A DNA stretch of 64,000 nt from an uncultured Verrucomicrobiota bacterium (lineage in GTDB: Bacteria > Verrucomicrobiota > Verrucomicrobiia > Limisphaerales > MWDV01), in contig CAZWJC010000008.1 in assembly GCA_964634255.1 (NCBI GenBank), positions 381 to 64,380 of the forward strand. The letters run 5' to 3'. The position numbers and the translations under genes were made by a program. Each line of letters begins with the position of its first letter. Positions within the stretch are counted from its first letter, which is position 1. The notes under the pieces were generated by a model. The model ran no database searches. It was given only the letters and a program-made list of their open reading frames with translations, and had not been told where the DNA came from. This document shows positions 50,347-59,668 of this stretch, in pieces.

Positions 50347-51198
50347 TTAGTTCATGCCGGGTGTTCGTGGCGTGCGGGAGCGAAGCCATCGGAGATCAGG
50401 ATCATTCGCCGGCACCGTCGTGCTGCTTGGGAAGGAGAACGCCACCGGGAATTTCAACGCACTTGACTGCCAGCGGTGTGTTTCCGCATGGCCGTCTGCA
50501 AAGGCCACACCGGCGCCGCCGTCGTGGTAATTCGCCGGCAGGTCGATCCAAGATTTGGAATAGGGAGCGAAAAGGCCGCCTTCGTTCATGCTGTCCGGGT
50601 GCTCGTCAATGGAGACCCACGTCTCGGCAGGTCGCGGATTCAGCAATCCGGTCAGGTTTTTCACCTGCACATAGGCAGCGTCGGTCGGCCCCATTAAGAC
50701 GTTGCCGTTGGCCACGTAGAGATTCTGCGACATGCTCCGAACACGTTCCTGCCACCCGCGCGCTCGCTGGGCTGAGCTGACGTACTGGTCGGCCGGGCAT
50801 TTGAACAGGCGGCCATCCCGACCGCAGTACTGTGCCAAGATCGAATACTGTGGATCGGTCAAATATAGGGTGTTGGTATTGGCCGAACTGGTCGTCCAGT
50901 CCAGCCACCCGGCAGCCCACATGGGCTGGGTTGGACTCTGGGCCGGCCCACCCCACATGCTGGTCGCCAGCTTGTCGTTGTTGTCGTCGGCGTACATGAG
51001 CCAGGCCCGGCAGAGCTGGGCGTGGTTGTTGAGGCACAGGAAGGCGCGGCCTTCCGGCTGCGTGCGGGCCAGGGCGGGTGTGAGCAGCGTGGCCAACACG
51101 GCGATCACGGCGAGTACGAGGATCAATTCGAGGAGCGTGAACGCAGTGGCGCCGCCGCGCCCGCGCTCGCTTCCGGTGGTATTGAATGGTGATTTCAT
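50347..51198 (-). CDS. DUF1559 / prepilin-type N-terminal cleavage-methylation domain protein (H-X9-DG family)
   Basis: The N-terminus GGATAFTLLELILVLAVIAVLATLLTPAL matches the type IV pilin-like methylation motif. The C-terminus HDGGAGVAFADGH matches the H-x9-DG signature. This family is greatly expanded in Planctomycetes and Verrucomicrobia. Confidence 0.85.
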   Translation of the reverse strand: MKSPFNTTGSERGRGGATAFTLLELILVLAVIAVLATLLTPALARTQPEGRAFLCLNNHAQLCRAWLMYADDNNDKLATSMWGGPAQSPTQPMWAAGWLDWTTSSANTNTLYLTDPQYSILAQYCGRDGRLFKCPADQYVSSAQRARGWQERVRSMSQNLYVANGNVLMGPTDAAYVQVKNLTGLLNPRPAETWVSIDEHPDSMNEGGLFAPYSKSWIDLPANYHDGGAGVAFADGHAETHRWQSSALKFPVAFSFPSSTTVPANDPDLRWLRSRTPRTPGMN

Positions 51199-51210
51199 GG
51201 TGGCCTCGAT

Positions 51211-54200
51211 TCAGAATGCGATCACGCGGTAGAACCGCTGCGCGTTGGTTGCCGGGCTGTCTTGAAGCCAAGCCTTCCAGCCGTCATTCGTTATGCTGCC
51301 GGAGCAATCTCGCCAGATGGGATCGTCTAGGTCGTCCTTGCACTGCACCCGGGGATTGTCCCCCGGCATCAGCGGCCAGGAAAGCACCGGTCCTTGACCC
51401 GGTGTGGCAGGTGGCAGGATCACCATGGTAAATATCGCCGTCGCGAACAAATCGCCACTTGCGTTCAAGTCGTTTGCGGCAAGGTCCGACGCCCAAGACT
51501 GGATGAGAAGCGTCTGCCCGTCCGCGCTGAACCGGGCGCGCAGCGAGTGGTCATCTGCCGGTCCATCCGAAAAGCGGCTGGTGCTGAGGAGGGTGTTTAG
51601 GCCGGTCTGCCGGTCGTAAAGCATGATCTGGCGGAAGGCGCTGCAGGCTCCAGCCACGAGGTTGGTGGCCCAAGTGCGGTAAGCGACGAACCGCCCGCTG
51701 GGGCTGATGACAGGTGAATCTGATCCTCCGGAGCCAGGCTCAACCGAGTTCCACACATGGCTTAACAGAGACGTGGCTCCGCTATCGAGGTCTCGCAGGA
51801 ACACTTGATTCGTGGCGGCAAGTTGGCGGGCGTACGCCAGCCATTTGCCGTCGGCACTGAAGGCGGGGGCTGTCCAAGTGCTGGGAGAAGCCGCGGCCAC
51901 GCTCCACGTCGTGTTCGCTTCGCGGTCCATGAAGACCAACTGCGTGGCCGTTACCGACGCAATCCGCTTGCCGTCGGGGCTGCTCGCTACACCAAAACCG
52001 TAACTGGCGGACGTGGCATTGGTGAAAACCCGAGCCGCGAGCGAGGAGTCCCAGACGAAGCTGTAAACCGCGCCCGCGCCGTCACCGGGACGACTGAGAT
52101 ACGCCACGAAACGACCATCGGGTGTCATCGTCAGGGCGTCCACGCTCATGGTGGTGAGAGCCCAGTTAGTGGCCGATTGGGTGTCGCGAAGAAACAGATT
52201 GAGATTGCCCGTGAAACCGATGAAGTCCCCGGTGAGATAGCGCGCCTGACTGCGAAACAGGAGCCATCGGCCGTCCTTGCTCAGCAACGGTGCGGAGCAA
52301 GAGCCGTCGGAGGGCCGCCCGTCGGGTCTCCGGCTTGCCAGTACTGTTGCCACGGCCTGAAGGTCGCGCACGAAGATATCCGCCAACTTGTTGGTGTCGT
52401 CTGCCACGAGGTTCGTTGCGCTGCTGGCGAAGGCGATGAAACGTCCATCGCCGCTGATGGCCGGCTCAAACGAGGGGCCATTGCCACTCACGCCTGCAAC
52501 ATCGGCGCTCACCAGGATGGTCCGGCCCGTCGCCATGTCGCGCACGAAGACGTCGCGGTAACCATTGGTGTCGCTCGCCACCAAGTTGTCCGCGTCGCTG
52601 GCGTATGCAATGAACCGCCCGTCGTCGCTAGCAGAGAACTGGGTCAGGGCGCTCAGGCTGTTCGGCGTCGAGGAGGCCAAGGTCGGATGGCGGGCGGAGA
52701 TCAACTCGTTTGTGCCTGCGACCATGTCCCGGACGAACACGTCAAGCCGGTGGTTATTGTCGTCAGGGACCAGGTTGCCATCGGGGCACTCAAATGCAAT
52801 GAAGCGTCCATCGGCGCTGAGAGCCGGCACGGTGGCGCTGGTGACGCCGGCGGCGGTGCCATTCGTGCCCACATCCACCAGCGCGGTTGTCGCTGCCTGC
52901 AAGTCCCGCACATAGAGATGCCAGTCTCCGAGAGCGCCATTCGTCACCAATCCGGAAGCGTTCGAGAGAAACGCCACGTAACGTCCGGTGGAGTCCAGGA
53001 AGGGCCACGACGAAACCGAGTTCGTGGGGACGGCGCCGGAAAGACTGCTGCTGGCCAAAGAGATCATTCCGGAGGCGGCATCCCAAACCTGCACGCAGGT
53101 TGTTGTGCCTGCCACCCCGTTGCTGTTCGCGACGAAGGCGATCCGTTGGCCATCGGGCGTCAGGTCGAGGCTTCTCGAGTTCTCGGCGCTCGGGATGGAA
53201 GTCACTGCATTCGTGTGAATCAAGTCCGTGACGCCGGTTTCAAGGCCGTAGCGCAGGATGATTCCGGAGTAAGTCGAAGCCGGCAGCGGTGAAAGGCTCG
53301 CCTGGTAGGCGACGAACTTCCCGTCGGCGCTGAGCGCGAGGTTGTAGCAAATCCCGTTCGTCTTGCCCGTCACGCTTTGCACTGCCGGACGCATGCCCGC
53401 ACTGGCCCAGACATTCGTGCCCGCGAGACGGTCGTGGATGTAAATGTCGCCGACGGTGCGGACCCCAGGCATGAGATTCGTGGCCGTGCTGGAGAAGGCG
53501 ACAAACCGGCCATCCGGCGTGATCTCCGGCGACTCGGAACTGCCAACCGGCCAAAGGGCGGCCGGGTTTGCGGAGCGCGCCCCGACGCTGACCAGCGCTG
53601 TCACGAGTGCCACCGTATCGCGCACGAAGACGTCTGCGATCCGATTCGTGTCGTTCGGCACCAGATCATTCGCCTCGCTGACGAACGCCACGTAACGCCC
53701 GTCCGGCGTCATCACCGCGCTGCGCGACGCGCCATTGCCCGGGAGGCCGTTCGTGTTGGCGCTGACCAGCAATGTTGCCCCGCTGGACAGGTCGCGGAGG
53801 AACACGTCCGCCGCGCCGTTCGTATCGCCCGAGACGAGGCTGGGGGCGCCGCTTTCAAAGAGGGCGAACAGGTTGTTGGTCGAGAGCGCCAGCGGGAACG
53901 AATCGCCATCGCCGCCGCCGAGTCCAGAGGAGTTGACGCTGACCAGCGTCGTGGTCTGGCTCCATCGGTCGCGCAGGAAGACGTTGAACCGGGCGGGAAT
54001 GAGCGATGGGATCGGGGTGTTATTACTGGTGATGACGAGGTTGTTGGCCGTGCTGGCGAACAACACGAACCGACCGTCCTGGTTGAGAATCGGCAGGCAG
54101 GAATCGCCATTGCCACCGACCGGCGACGACTGGCCAGGATTCAGGAGCGAAACAGGCTGTACCCAAGCGGCGCGTGCGACCAAGGATACGAATAGGAAGA

Positions 54201-54249
54201 TGGAAGTCAGCGAGGCAAAACTACCGACCTTGCAGCGTTCTTTGTCCAT
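51211..54249 (-). CDS. Large exported protein made of ~15 PD40/TolB-like beta-propeller repeats (1,012 aa)
   Basis: ORF 51211..54303. ATG at 54249 gives MDKERCKVGSFASLTSIFLFVSLVARA, a signal peptide. The reiterated unit is [ST].DGR[FY][VI]AF.S.A.NLV..DTN...D[VI]FVRD, and the tail ends ...QRFYRVIAF. Confidence 0.8.
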   Translation of the reverse strand: MDKERCKVGSFASLTSIFLFVSLVARAAWVQPVSLLNPGQSSPVGGNGDSCLPILNQDGRFVLFASTANNLVITSNNTPIPSLIPARFNVFLRDRWSQTTTLVSVNSSGLGGGDGDSFPLALSTNNLFALFESGAPSLVSGDTNGAADVFLRDLSSGATLLVSANTNGLPGNGASRSAVMTPDGRYVAFVSEANDLVPNDTNRIADVFVRDTVALVTALVSVGARSANPAALWPVGSSESPEITPDGRFVAFSSTATNLMPGVRTVGDIYIHDRLAGTNVWASAGMRPAVQSVTGKTNGICYNLALSADGKFVAYQASLSPLPASTYSGIILRYGLETGVTDLIHTNAVTSIPSAENSRSLDLTPDGQRIAFVANSNGVAGTTTCVQVWDAASGMISLASSSLSGAVPTNSVSSWPFLDSTGRYVAFLSNASGLVTNGALGDWHLYVRDLQAATTALVDVGTNGTAAGVTSATVPALSADGRFIAFECPDGNLVPDDNNHRLDVFVRDMVAGTNELISARHPTLASSTPNSLSALTQFSASDDGRFIAYASDADNLVASDTNGYRDVFVRDMATGRTILVSADVAGVSGNGPSFEPAISGDGRFIAFASSATNLVADDTNKLADIFVRDLQAVATVLASRRPDGRPSDGSCSAPLLSKDGRWLLFRSQARYLTGDFIGFTGNLNLFLRDTQSATNWALTTMSVDALTMTPDGRFVAYLSRPGDGAGAVYSFVWDSSLAARVFTNATSASYGFGVASSPDGKRIASVTATQLVFMDREANTTWSVAAASPSTWTAPAFSADGKWLAYARQLAATNQVFLRDLDSGATSLLSHVWNSVEPGSGGSDSPVISPSGRFVAYRTWATNLVAGACSAFRQIMLYDRQTGLNTLLSTSRFSDGPADDHSLRARFSADGQTLLIQSWASDLAANDLNASGDLFATAIFTMVILPPATPGQGPVLSWPLMPGDNPRVQCKDDLDDPIWRDCSGSITNDGWKAWLQDSPATNAQRFYRVIAF

Positions 54250-54398
54250 AGCATCACACCTCGGATTCGCCGCGACACTAAAAGTGCGGCTGTGACCAGT
54301 CAAGCTGCATCCCGAGAATGTTCGGGGCGACCAGCCTATGGGTCGCTCATTTGCGCCAACTCAAGTTACCCCTCCACTTCGGAAAGCCGGCAGCTTTC

Positions 54399-55469
54399 TC
54401 AAATCTTCACCTTGAACTCCTCGCCCTTCTTGAGCGATTGCGCAAAGGCTGCCAACAACTGCGGGATCATTTCGAGGTCCTTCAGGCTGACGACTTCGAC
54501 GGGCGAGTGCATGTAGCGGTTCGGCAGGCTGATCAGGCCGCTGGCGATGCCGCCCCGCGTCCAGAAAATCACGTCGGTGTCCGTGCCGCTCGTCGAAGAC
54601 ATCGCTTCGTGCTGGAGCGGAATTTTCTTCGCCTTGGCCACAGCTTCGATGCGTGCGACGACTTCCGGATGATTGCAGCCGCCGTGCGTCACGGCCGGGC
54701 CTTTGCCGATCTTCACGTCGCCATGCTGCGCCTTGTTTACGGTCGGGTAATCCGTGGCGTGCGTCACGTCCACCACGAGCGCCACATCGGGTTTAAGCGA
54801 GTAGGCAATCTGCCGTGCACCGAGCAGGCCGACTTCCTCCTGCACGTTCGAGACGGCGCAGACTTCCGCGTTCAGCTTGCCACCGGCTTCCTTGAGCAGT
54901 CGCAGCGCCTCGATCACGGCGAATGTGCCGATGCGGTTGTCGAACGCCCGCGCCACGGCCAGGTCGCCACGGAGGATGTCAAACTCGTCCACGAGCGTGA
55001 TGGGGTCGCCAATGCGGACGAGCTTTTCGGCCTCGGCGCGCTTGGCCACGCCGATGTCAATGAACAGCTCGTGAATCTTCGGCGGCTTGGGATCGCCCTC
55101 CAGCTTCATCAAGTGCGGCGCAACGTTGCCGACGACGCCTTTCACCGGTCCTTTTGCGGTGTGGATGACGACGCGCTGGGCCTTGGTGATGGCTGCGTCC
55201 ACGCCGCCCATCTTGCGGACGTAGAGGTAGCCGTTGTCGTCAATGTAGTTCACGGCCATGGCGATTTCGTCGGCGTGGCCGGCGAGCATCAGGCGCGGCG
55301 AGCCGCCCTTGTTCAGCACGGCGACGCAATTGCCATAAGCGTCGGAAAAGGTTTCGTCGGCGAATTGCTTCGCGTAATCGAGCCACACCCGCTGGCCGCG
55401 CGTTTCGTGGCCGACGGGGCTGGGGGTGTTCACGAGCGTCCGGAGAAAACTCAGAGATTGTTCGCGCAT
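54399..55469 (-). CDS. M42 family metallopeptidase (glutamyl aminopeptidase / FrvX-like)
   Basis: MREQSLSFLRTLVNTPSPVGHETRGQRVW...GNCVAVLNKGGSPRLMLAGHADEIAM...RAFDNRIGTF...VQEEVGLLGA...D.THATD is the typical M42 motif set. 356 aa. Confidence 0.88.
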   Translation of the reverse strand: MREQSLSFLRTLVNTPSPVGHETRGQRVWLDYAKQFADETFSDAYGNCVAVLNKGGSPRLMLAGHADEIAMAVNYIDDNGYLYVRKMGGVDAAITKAQRVVIHTAKGPVKGVVGNVAPHLMKLEGDPKPPKIHELFIDIGVAKRAEAEKLVRIGDPITLVDEFDILRGDLAVARAFDNRIGTFAVIEALRLLKEAGGKLNAEVCAVSNVQEEVGLLGARQIAYSLKPDVALVVDVTHATDYPTVNKAQHGDVKIGKGPAVTHGGCNHPEVVARIEAVAKAKKIPLQHEAMSSTSGTDTDVIFWTRGGIASGLISLPNRYMHSPVEVVSLKDLEMIPQLLAAFAQSLKKGEEFKVKI

Positions 55470-55701
55470 GGGCGGAGATTAGCGCAGCCTCGGCCGGACG
55501 TCGAGCGTGTGAGAGACGGAGGGCGTGCCTAGCAGTAGCGGTCACCGGGCCCAGCGGTCCAGGTGACGAGCGCGACGGAACCTCCGTGGCCTCATCGCAA
55601 GGCGAGACACTGCGTGCTGAGAACGTCGTGTAGTCCACAGAATTCGCTCGCCAGACAGCTTCGTTCGCAGAAAATGGCCGCGGACTTTGAACTGAATCAA
55701 C

Positions 55702-56595
55702 ATGACAACATCACGTCGCCAATTCTTCGCCCTCTCCACGATCGCTGCGGCTGCCGCCACCCTGCCGCACCGCGCCGCCGCGGTCACGCTTGCCGATCCC
55801 GCCCAGCCGGCGCGGCTGCGTCTGTCCTGCCAGGAAGGTGTCGCGCACGGCAAGTCGCTGGCCGAGAAGCTGGATTTCATGGAGGCGAACGGGTTCGAAG
55901 GCATCGAGCCATGGGGCGGCGGACTGGGCAAGCGCGTCGAAGAATTCCAGAAGGCACTCCAGGGTCGCAAGATCAAGGTGAGCGCCATCTGCGCCGGATT
56001 CGAGGGTGTGCTGATTTCCGACCAGGAAGCCGAGCGCACCAAGGCGATGAACACGATGAAGGAAATCCTGACCGCCGCGGGCGCGCTGGGATCCACGGGC
56101 ATGATCATGGTGCCGGCGTTCAACGGTCAAACGAAGCTCGGCCACCAGGAATCCCGCGAGTTGCTGGTGAAGCTGCTGCCCGAACTCGGCGAGCACGCCA
56201 AGAAGGTCGGCACGACGATCATCCTCGAACCGCTCAATCGGCAGGAATGTCACTTCCTCCGCCAGGTGGCCGACGGCGCCGCGATTTGCCGCGATGCGAA
56301 ACATCCGGGCGTCACGGTCATGGGCGACTTCTGGCACATGACCTGGGAGGAGACGAGCGACTTCGCGGCGTTCGTTGCCGCCGGCAAGTATCTCCAGCAC
56401 GTCCATTGCGCGAGCCGCAAGACCCGCAACACGCCGGGCGAAGACGAGGGCGACAACTACGTGGACGGCCTGAAGGGGCTGAAGCTCATCGGCTATCAGA
56501 ATTTCGTCAGCTTGGAATGTGGCTGCAAGGGCGACCGCGCGAAGGTCGTCGCCGCCGCTGCGAAACTGCTGCGCGATCAGTGGCAGCAGGCGTGA
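55702..56595 (+). CDS. Tat-exported sugar phosphate isomerase/epimerase (xylose-isomerase-like TIM barrel)
   Basis: The twin-arginine leader is MTTSRRQFFALSTIAAAAATLPHRAAA, and the AP-endonuclease-2/TIM-barrel pattern includes ...IILEPLNRQECHFL...GDFWHM... Confidence 0.78.
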   Translation: MTTSRRQFFALSTIAAAAATLPHRAAAVTLADPAQPARLRLSCQEGVAHGKSLAEKLDFMEANGFEGIEPWGGGLGKRVEEFQKALQGRKIKVSAICAGFEGVLISDQEAERTKAMNTMKEILTAAGALGSTGMIMVPAFNGQTKLGHQESRELLVKLLPELGEHAKKVGTTIILEPLNRQECHFLRQVADGAAICRDAKHPGVTVMGDFWHMTWEETSDFAAFVAAGKYLQHVHCASRKTRNTPGEDEGDNYVDGLKGLKLIGYQNFVSLECGCKGDRAKVVAAAAKLLRDQWQQA

Positions 56596-56622
56596 GCCGG
56601 GATGCCAGGCGTTGCCAGCGTG

Positions 56623-56695
56623 CTGCCGGCTTCCAGCCGGCAGGACCATCTGATTCACGCCGTTGTGAAGTGATCTTCCGGCGGGACGCCGGAAG
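56623..56695 (+). terminator. Two perfect 9-bp GC-rich hairpins downstream of the isomerase gene (possible terminator/REP-like, no U-tract)
   Basis: CTGCCGGCT-TCC-AGCCGGCAG lies at 56623-56643 and CTTCCGGCG-GGA-CGCCGGAAG at 56675-56695. Confidence 0.35.
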
Positions 56696-56820
56696 CACGT
56701 TGCTGGAACTCCGGCCAGACTCCCGCCCGGATCCGCAGGAATGGTAGCCGCCCCCGCGCCCGCCGACTTTTTCGCTGACTTTCGGCGTTCGCCCGCGCAC
56801 AGTCGGGGCGCAAAGAACGC

Positions 56821-58221
56821 ATGAACAAACCGTCTCCAGTCTCCCGCAGCGGACGTTTCGCCGCCGGCCCCGGCGCCGACGTGGCGCAATTCTCCGAATC
56901 CATCTCCTTCGATCACCGGCTCTGGCAGCATGACATCCTGGGCTCGCTGGCCCATGCCGCGATGCTCCACAAGATCGGCCTGCTCACGCGCGCGGAACAC
57001 GCCGGCATCGCCCGCGGGCTGAAAGCCATCGCCCGCGAGATCGAGCAAGGCAAGTTTCGCTGGAAGGCTGAGTTGGAAGATGTGCACATGAACATCGAAG
57101 CCGAACTGACACGGCGCGCGCCGGCGGGTGCGAAGCTCCACACCGGCCGCTCGCGCAACGATCAGGTCGCCCTCGACATGCGGCTCTGGCTGCGGGACGA
57201 GATTGTGTCCTTGCTCGGCGAGATCGTCGGCTTGCAGCAATCGCTGGTGCGGCTCGGCGAGAGGAACGCCGACGTGTTGATCCCCGGCTACACCCACATG
57301 CAGCGCGCCCAGCCGGTCTATTTCGCGCACCACCTGCTGGCCTACGTCGAGATGCTGGAGCGCGATTGCGAGCGGCTCTGGGACGGTCTGGATCGCGTGA
57401 ACGTCTGCCCGCTCGGTGCGGGTGCAATCGCGGGCTCAACGCTGCCGCTGGACCGCGCGTTCGTGGCCAGGCAGCTTGGCTTCGTGGACCTCGATGGCAA
57501 GCCGCGGCTGACGCAGAATTCCATGGACGCCGTCAGCGACCGGGATTTCGCCATCGAGTTTTGCGCCCACGCGGCGTTGCTGGCCGTGCATCTCTCGCGG
57601 CTCGCCGAGGACGTGGTCCTCTGGGCCGGCGCGGAGTTCAACTTCATCCGCATCGCCGACGCCTACACCACCGGCTCGTCGCTCATGCCGCAAAAGAAGA
57701 ACCCGGACGTGGCGGAGCTTTCGCGCGGCAAATCGGCGCGCGTGATCGGCAACCTCGTGGCGCTGCTCACGCTGCTGAAGGGCCTGCCGATGACCTACAA
57801 CCGCGATTTGCAGGAGGACAAGGAACGGCTCTTCGATACCGCGGACACCGTGCGGGCGACCGTCCGGCTCATGGCGGCGATGCTGCGGCACACGACCGTG
57901 AGCCGCGCCGCCTGCGAAGCCGCCGCGAGCGATCCGGCGTTGCTGGCTACGGACCTCGCCGATTACCTCGTGCGCAAAGGCATGCCCTTCCGACAAGCGC
58001 ACCACGTCGTCGGCGCAGTGGTGGCGTTGGCGGAGAAGGCGGGCAAGCCGCTGAACCAGCTTTCGCTCGCTGAGCTGCAATCCGTGGACAAGACCTTCGG
58101 GCGCGATGCGTTGAAGGTGTTCGATCTCCGCGCCGCGATGGCAAAGCGCAACCTCGTCGGCGCGCCGGGGACGAAGCAGGTGCGGGAGCAGCTTGTGCGA
58201 TGGAAGGTTTATCAAGGCTAG
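56821..58221 (+). CDS. argH: Argininosuccinate lyase
   Basis: The 466-aa product shows ...[26 protein letters not shown]...[17 protein letters not shown]...[11 protein letters not shown]...[12 protein letters not shown]..., the canonical fumarase/ASL superfamily signature GSSxMPxKxN. Confidence 0.93.
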   Translation: MNKPSPVSRSGRFAAGPGADVAQFSESISFDHRLWQHDILGSLAHAAMLHKIGLLTRAEHAGIARGLKAIAREIEQGKFRWKAELEDVHMNIEAELTRRAPAGAKLHTGRSRNDQVALDMRLWLRDEIVSLLGEIVGLQQSLVRLGERNADVLIPGYTHMQRAQPVYFAHHLLAYVEMLERDCERLWDGLDRVNVCPLGAGAIAGSTLPLDRAFVARQLGFVDLDGKPRLTQNSMDAVSDRDFAIEFCAHAALLAVHLSRLAEDVVLWAGAEFNFIRIADAYTTGSSLMPQKKNPDVAELSRGKSARVIGNLVALLTLLKGLPMTYNRDLQEDKERLFDTADTVRATVRLMAAMLRHTTVSRAACEAAASDPALLATDLADYLVRKGMPFRQAHHVVGAVVALAEKAGKPLNQLSLAELQSVDKTFGRDALKVFDLRAAMAKRNLVGAPGTKQVREQLVRWKVYQG

Positions 58222-58406
58222 CGGACGGAGTGTGCGCCCGTGCCACTTTGGGCACGTCGTGCGCCATCGCACAATTGGATGCTCGCTGAGCGTCTTTTGA
58301 GATGGACGAGCGTTTCTGTTCTTGCCATACAGGAGTATCTGGAACTCGGGACGCTGGTTAAAGATGTATCCGCGCGATTGCTTGCTGCGGGATTAACTGC
58401 AAATTC

Positions 58407-59081
58407 ATGAAGACGAGCTTATTTCTGATTATTGTAGCAATCTCTCTGTTGTGGGGCGGCGGACAGGGCCTGTTCACTGCGATCACCAACCTTAAACCGA
58501 AGGAGTACGCGGTTGAGGAGTATTTGAATCACAGACCATCCGCGAAGTGGCTTCGCCTGAAGGGAGGTGTGGTTGATCTTACTGGCCTGACTTACTCCAG
58601 CTTTTTGGGCGTGGGCACCATCACCGAAATCTACGTTCCTATTCGGCCCTCCACCGCATCTTCAAACGATGAAGTCCACATTCTCTTCGCGACCAAAGAA
58701 CCTTCGCTGCTTGCAAAGGCTGAGAAGCTACGTCAGTTGAGGACGGAATCGGAAGCCCTTCGGTATTTGCAGGCGCATAGGGATGAACTGATCTTTCCGA
58801 GGGAACTTGAGGGTCTGATTCGATTCGGCATTGAATTCAAAGATCGAGACGAACGCTGGCTGAGAACGCACAACGAGAATCTAGCGGATGATTTTGTGGT
58901 CTTGGCAGATGGGGAACGCCCCGAGTTTATGGTGTATGCTTTCCTGTTTCTTGGTGGCGTGGCCGTATCGGGGTGGATCCTGAAGAATCTTTTTGGCGTC
59001 CGCGCCAAGCCACCCGGTTCCCAGCCACCGCCTCTGCCGCCTCGTCTGAGCGAGGTGCCTCCCTTGCTCAACCCAAAATAG
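58407..59081 (+). CDS. Hypothetical two-TM membrane protein in a visibly lower-GC segment (224 aa)
   Basis: The N-terminal TM helix is MKTSLFLIIVAISLLWGGG, the C-terminal TM helix is FMVYAFLFLGGVAVSGWIL, and the tail is Pro-rich. Codon usage is AT-richer than in neighbouring genes. No family recognised. Confidence 0.55.
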   Translation: MKTSLFLIIVAISLLWGGGQGLFTAITNLKPKEYAVEEYLNHRPSAKWLRLKGGVVDLTGLTYSSFLGVGTITEIYVPIRPSTASSNDEVHILFATKEPSLLAKAEKLRQLRTESEALRYLQAHRDELIFPRELEGLIRFGIEFKDRDERWLRTHNENLADDFVVLADGERPEFMVYAFLFLGGVAVSGWILKNLFGVRAKPPGSQPPPLPPRLSEVPPLLNPK

Positions 59082-59161
59082 AAGCGCTTGAAGGTTGTGC
59101 CACCTGCATATCGTTTACGGGCGGCTTTTCGCCTTTGTGGAGAAGGTAGTGAGTTCGAACC

Positions 59162-59395
59162 GTGAACAGGAACGATTTGACCACGGTTGACCCGGGCATT
59201 CTCGGCGGGACGCCGGTCTTCAAGGGCACACGAGTTCCGGTCAAAACGCTGTTTGACTACCTCGAAGGCAATTATTCCCTCGACGGATTCCTGGAATGCT
59301 TCCCATCCGTGACGCGGGAGATGGCCCAGCGCGTATTGAAGGGCGCGAAGGCAGGATTGGCTTTCCCCGCTTGTCTTGGTGGTGAAACGCCTTAA
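59162..59395 (+). CDS. DUF433 domain protein (antitoxin-like, homeodomain-like fold)
   Basis: (V/M)NRNDLTTVDPGILGGTPVFKGTRVPVKTLFDYLEGNYSLDGFLECFPSVTREMAQRVL matches the DUF433 core pattern (DP.i..G.PvikGTRipv..i...l..G.s.eei...yP.lt.e.i...l). GTG start. Confidence 0.72.
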   Translation: MNRNDLTTVDPGILGGTPVFKGTRVPVKTLFDYLEGNYSLDGFLECFPSVTREMAQRVLKGAKAGLAFPACLGGETP

Positions 59396-59404
59396 TCTTT
59401 CGCC

Positions 59405-59668
59405 ATGACGTTTCCGATCACCGCTTACATTGAGGCCGCGTTGGAACTGGCGCGTTATGACAAGCTGGACGACGGCTCGTTCGCAGGCGAAATTCCCAAG
59501 CTCAAGGGCGTGGCAGCGTTTGGCCGCACGTTGCGCGAATGCGAGGCGGAACTGCGCTCGACGCTGGAGGATTGGATTCTGGTTGGTCTGAAGCTCGGCC
59601 ACCGGCTGCCGGTGCTGGCCGGCATTGACTTGAACAAGGTCCCCAATGGCCGCATGGCGACCACTTAA
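59405..59668 (+). CDS. hicB: HicB-family antitoxin (UPF0150 fold only, no obvious DNA-binding extension)
   Basis: MTFPITAYIEAALELARYDKLDDGSFAGEIPKLKGVAAFGRTLRECEAELRSTLEDWILVGLKLGHRLP matches the HicB N-domain pattern (...dG.f.a.iP.l.G..a.G.T.eEa...l.eal..wl......g..lP). Confidence 0.75.
   Translation: MTFPITAYIEAALELARYDKLDDGSFAGEIPKLKGVAAFGRTLRECEAELRSTLEDWILVGLKLGHRLPVLAGIDLNKVPNGRMATT

Noticed and set aside
55711-57333. 540-aa minus-strand ORF spanning the isomerase gene, the intergenic hairpins and the argH 5' end
   Set aside because: It is antisense to two genes with strong family signatures, so it is a high-GC artefact. The same reasoning applies to 57436..58272, 58733..59728, 61182..62345, 62342..63034, 62373..63200 and 63118..63941.
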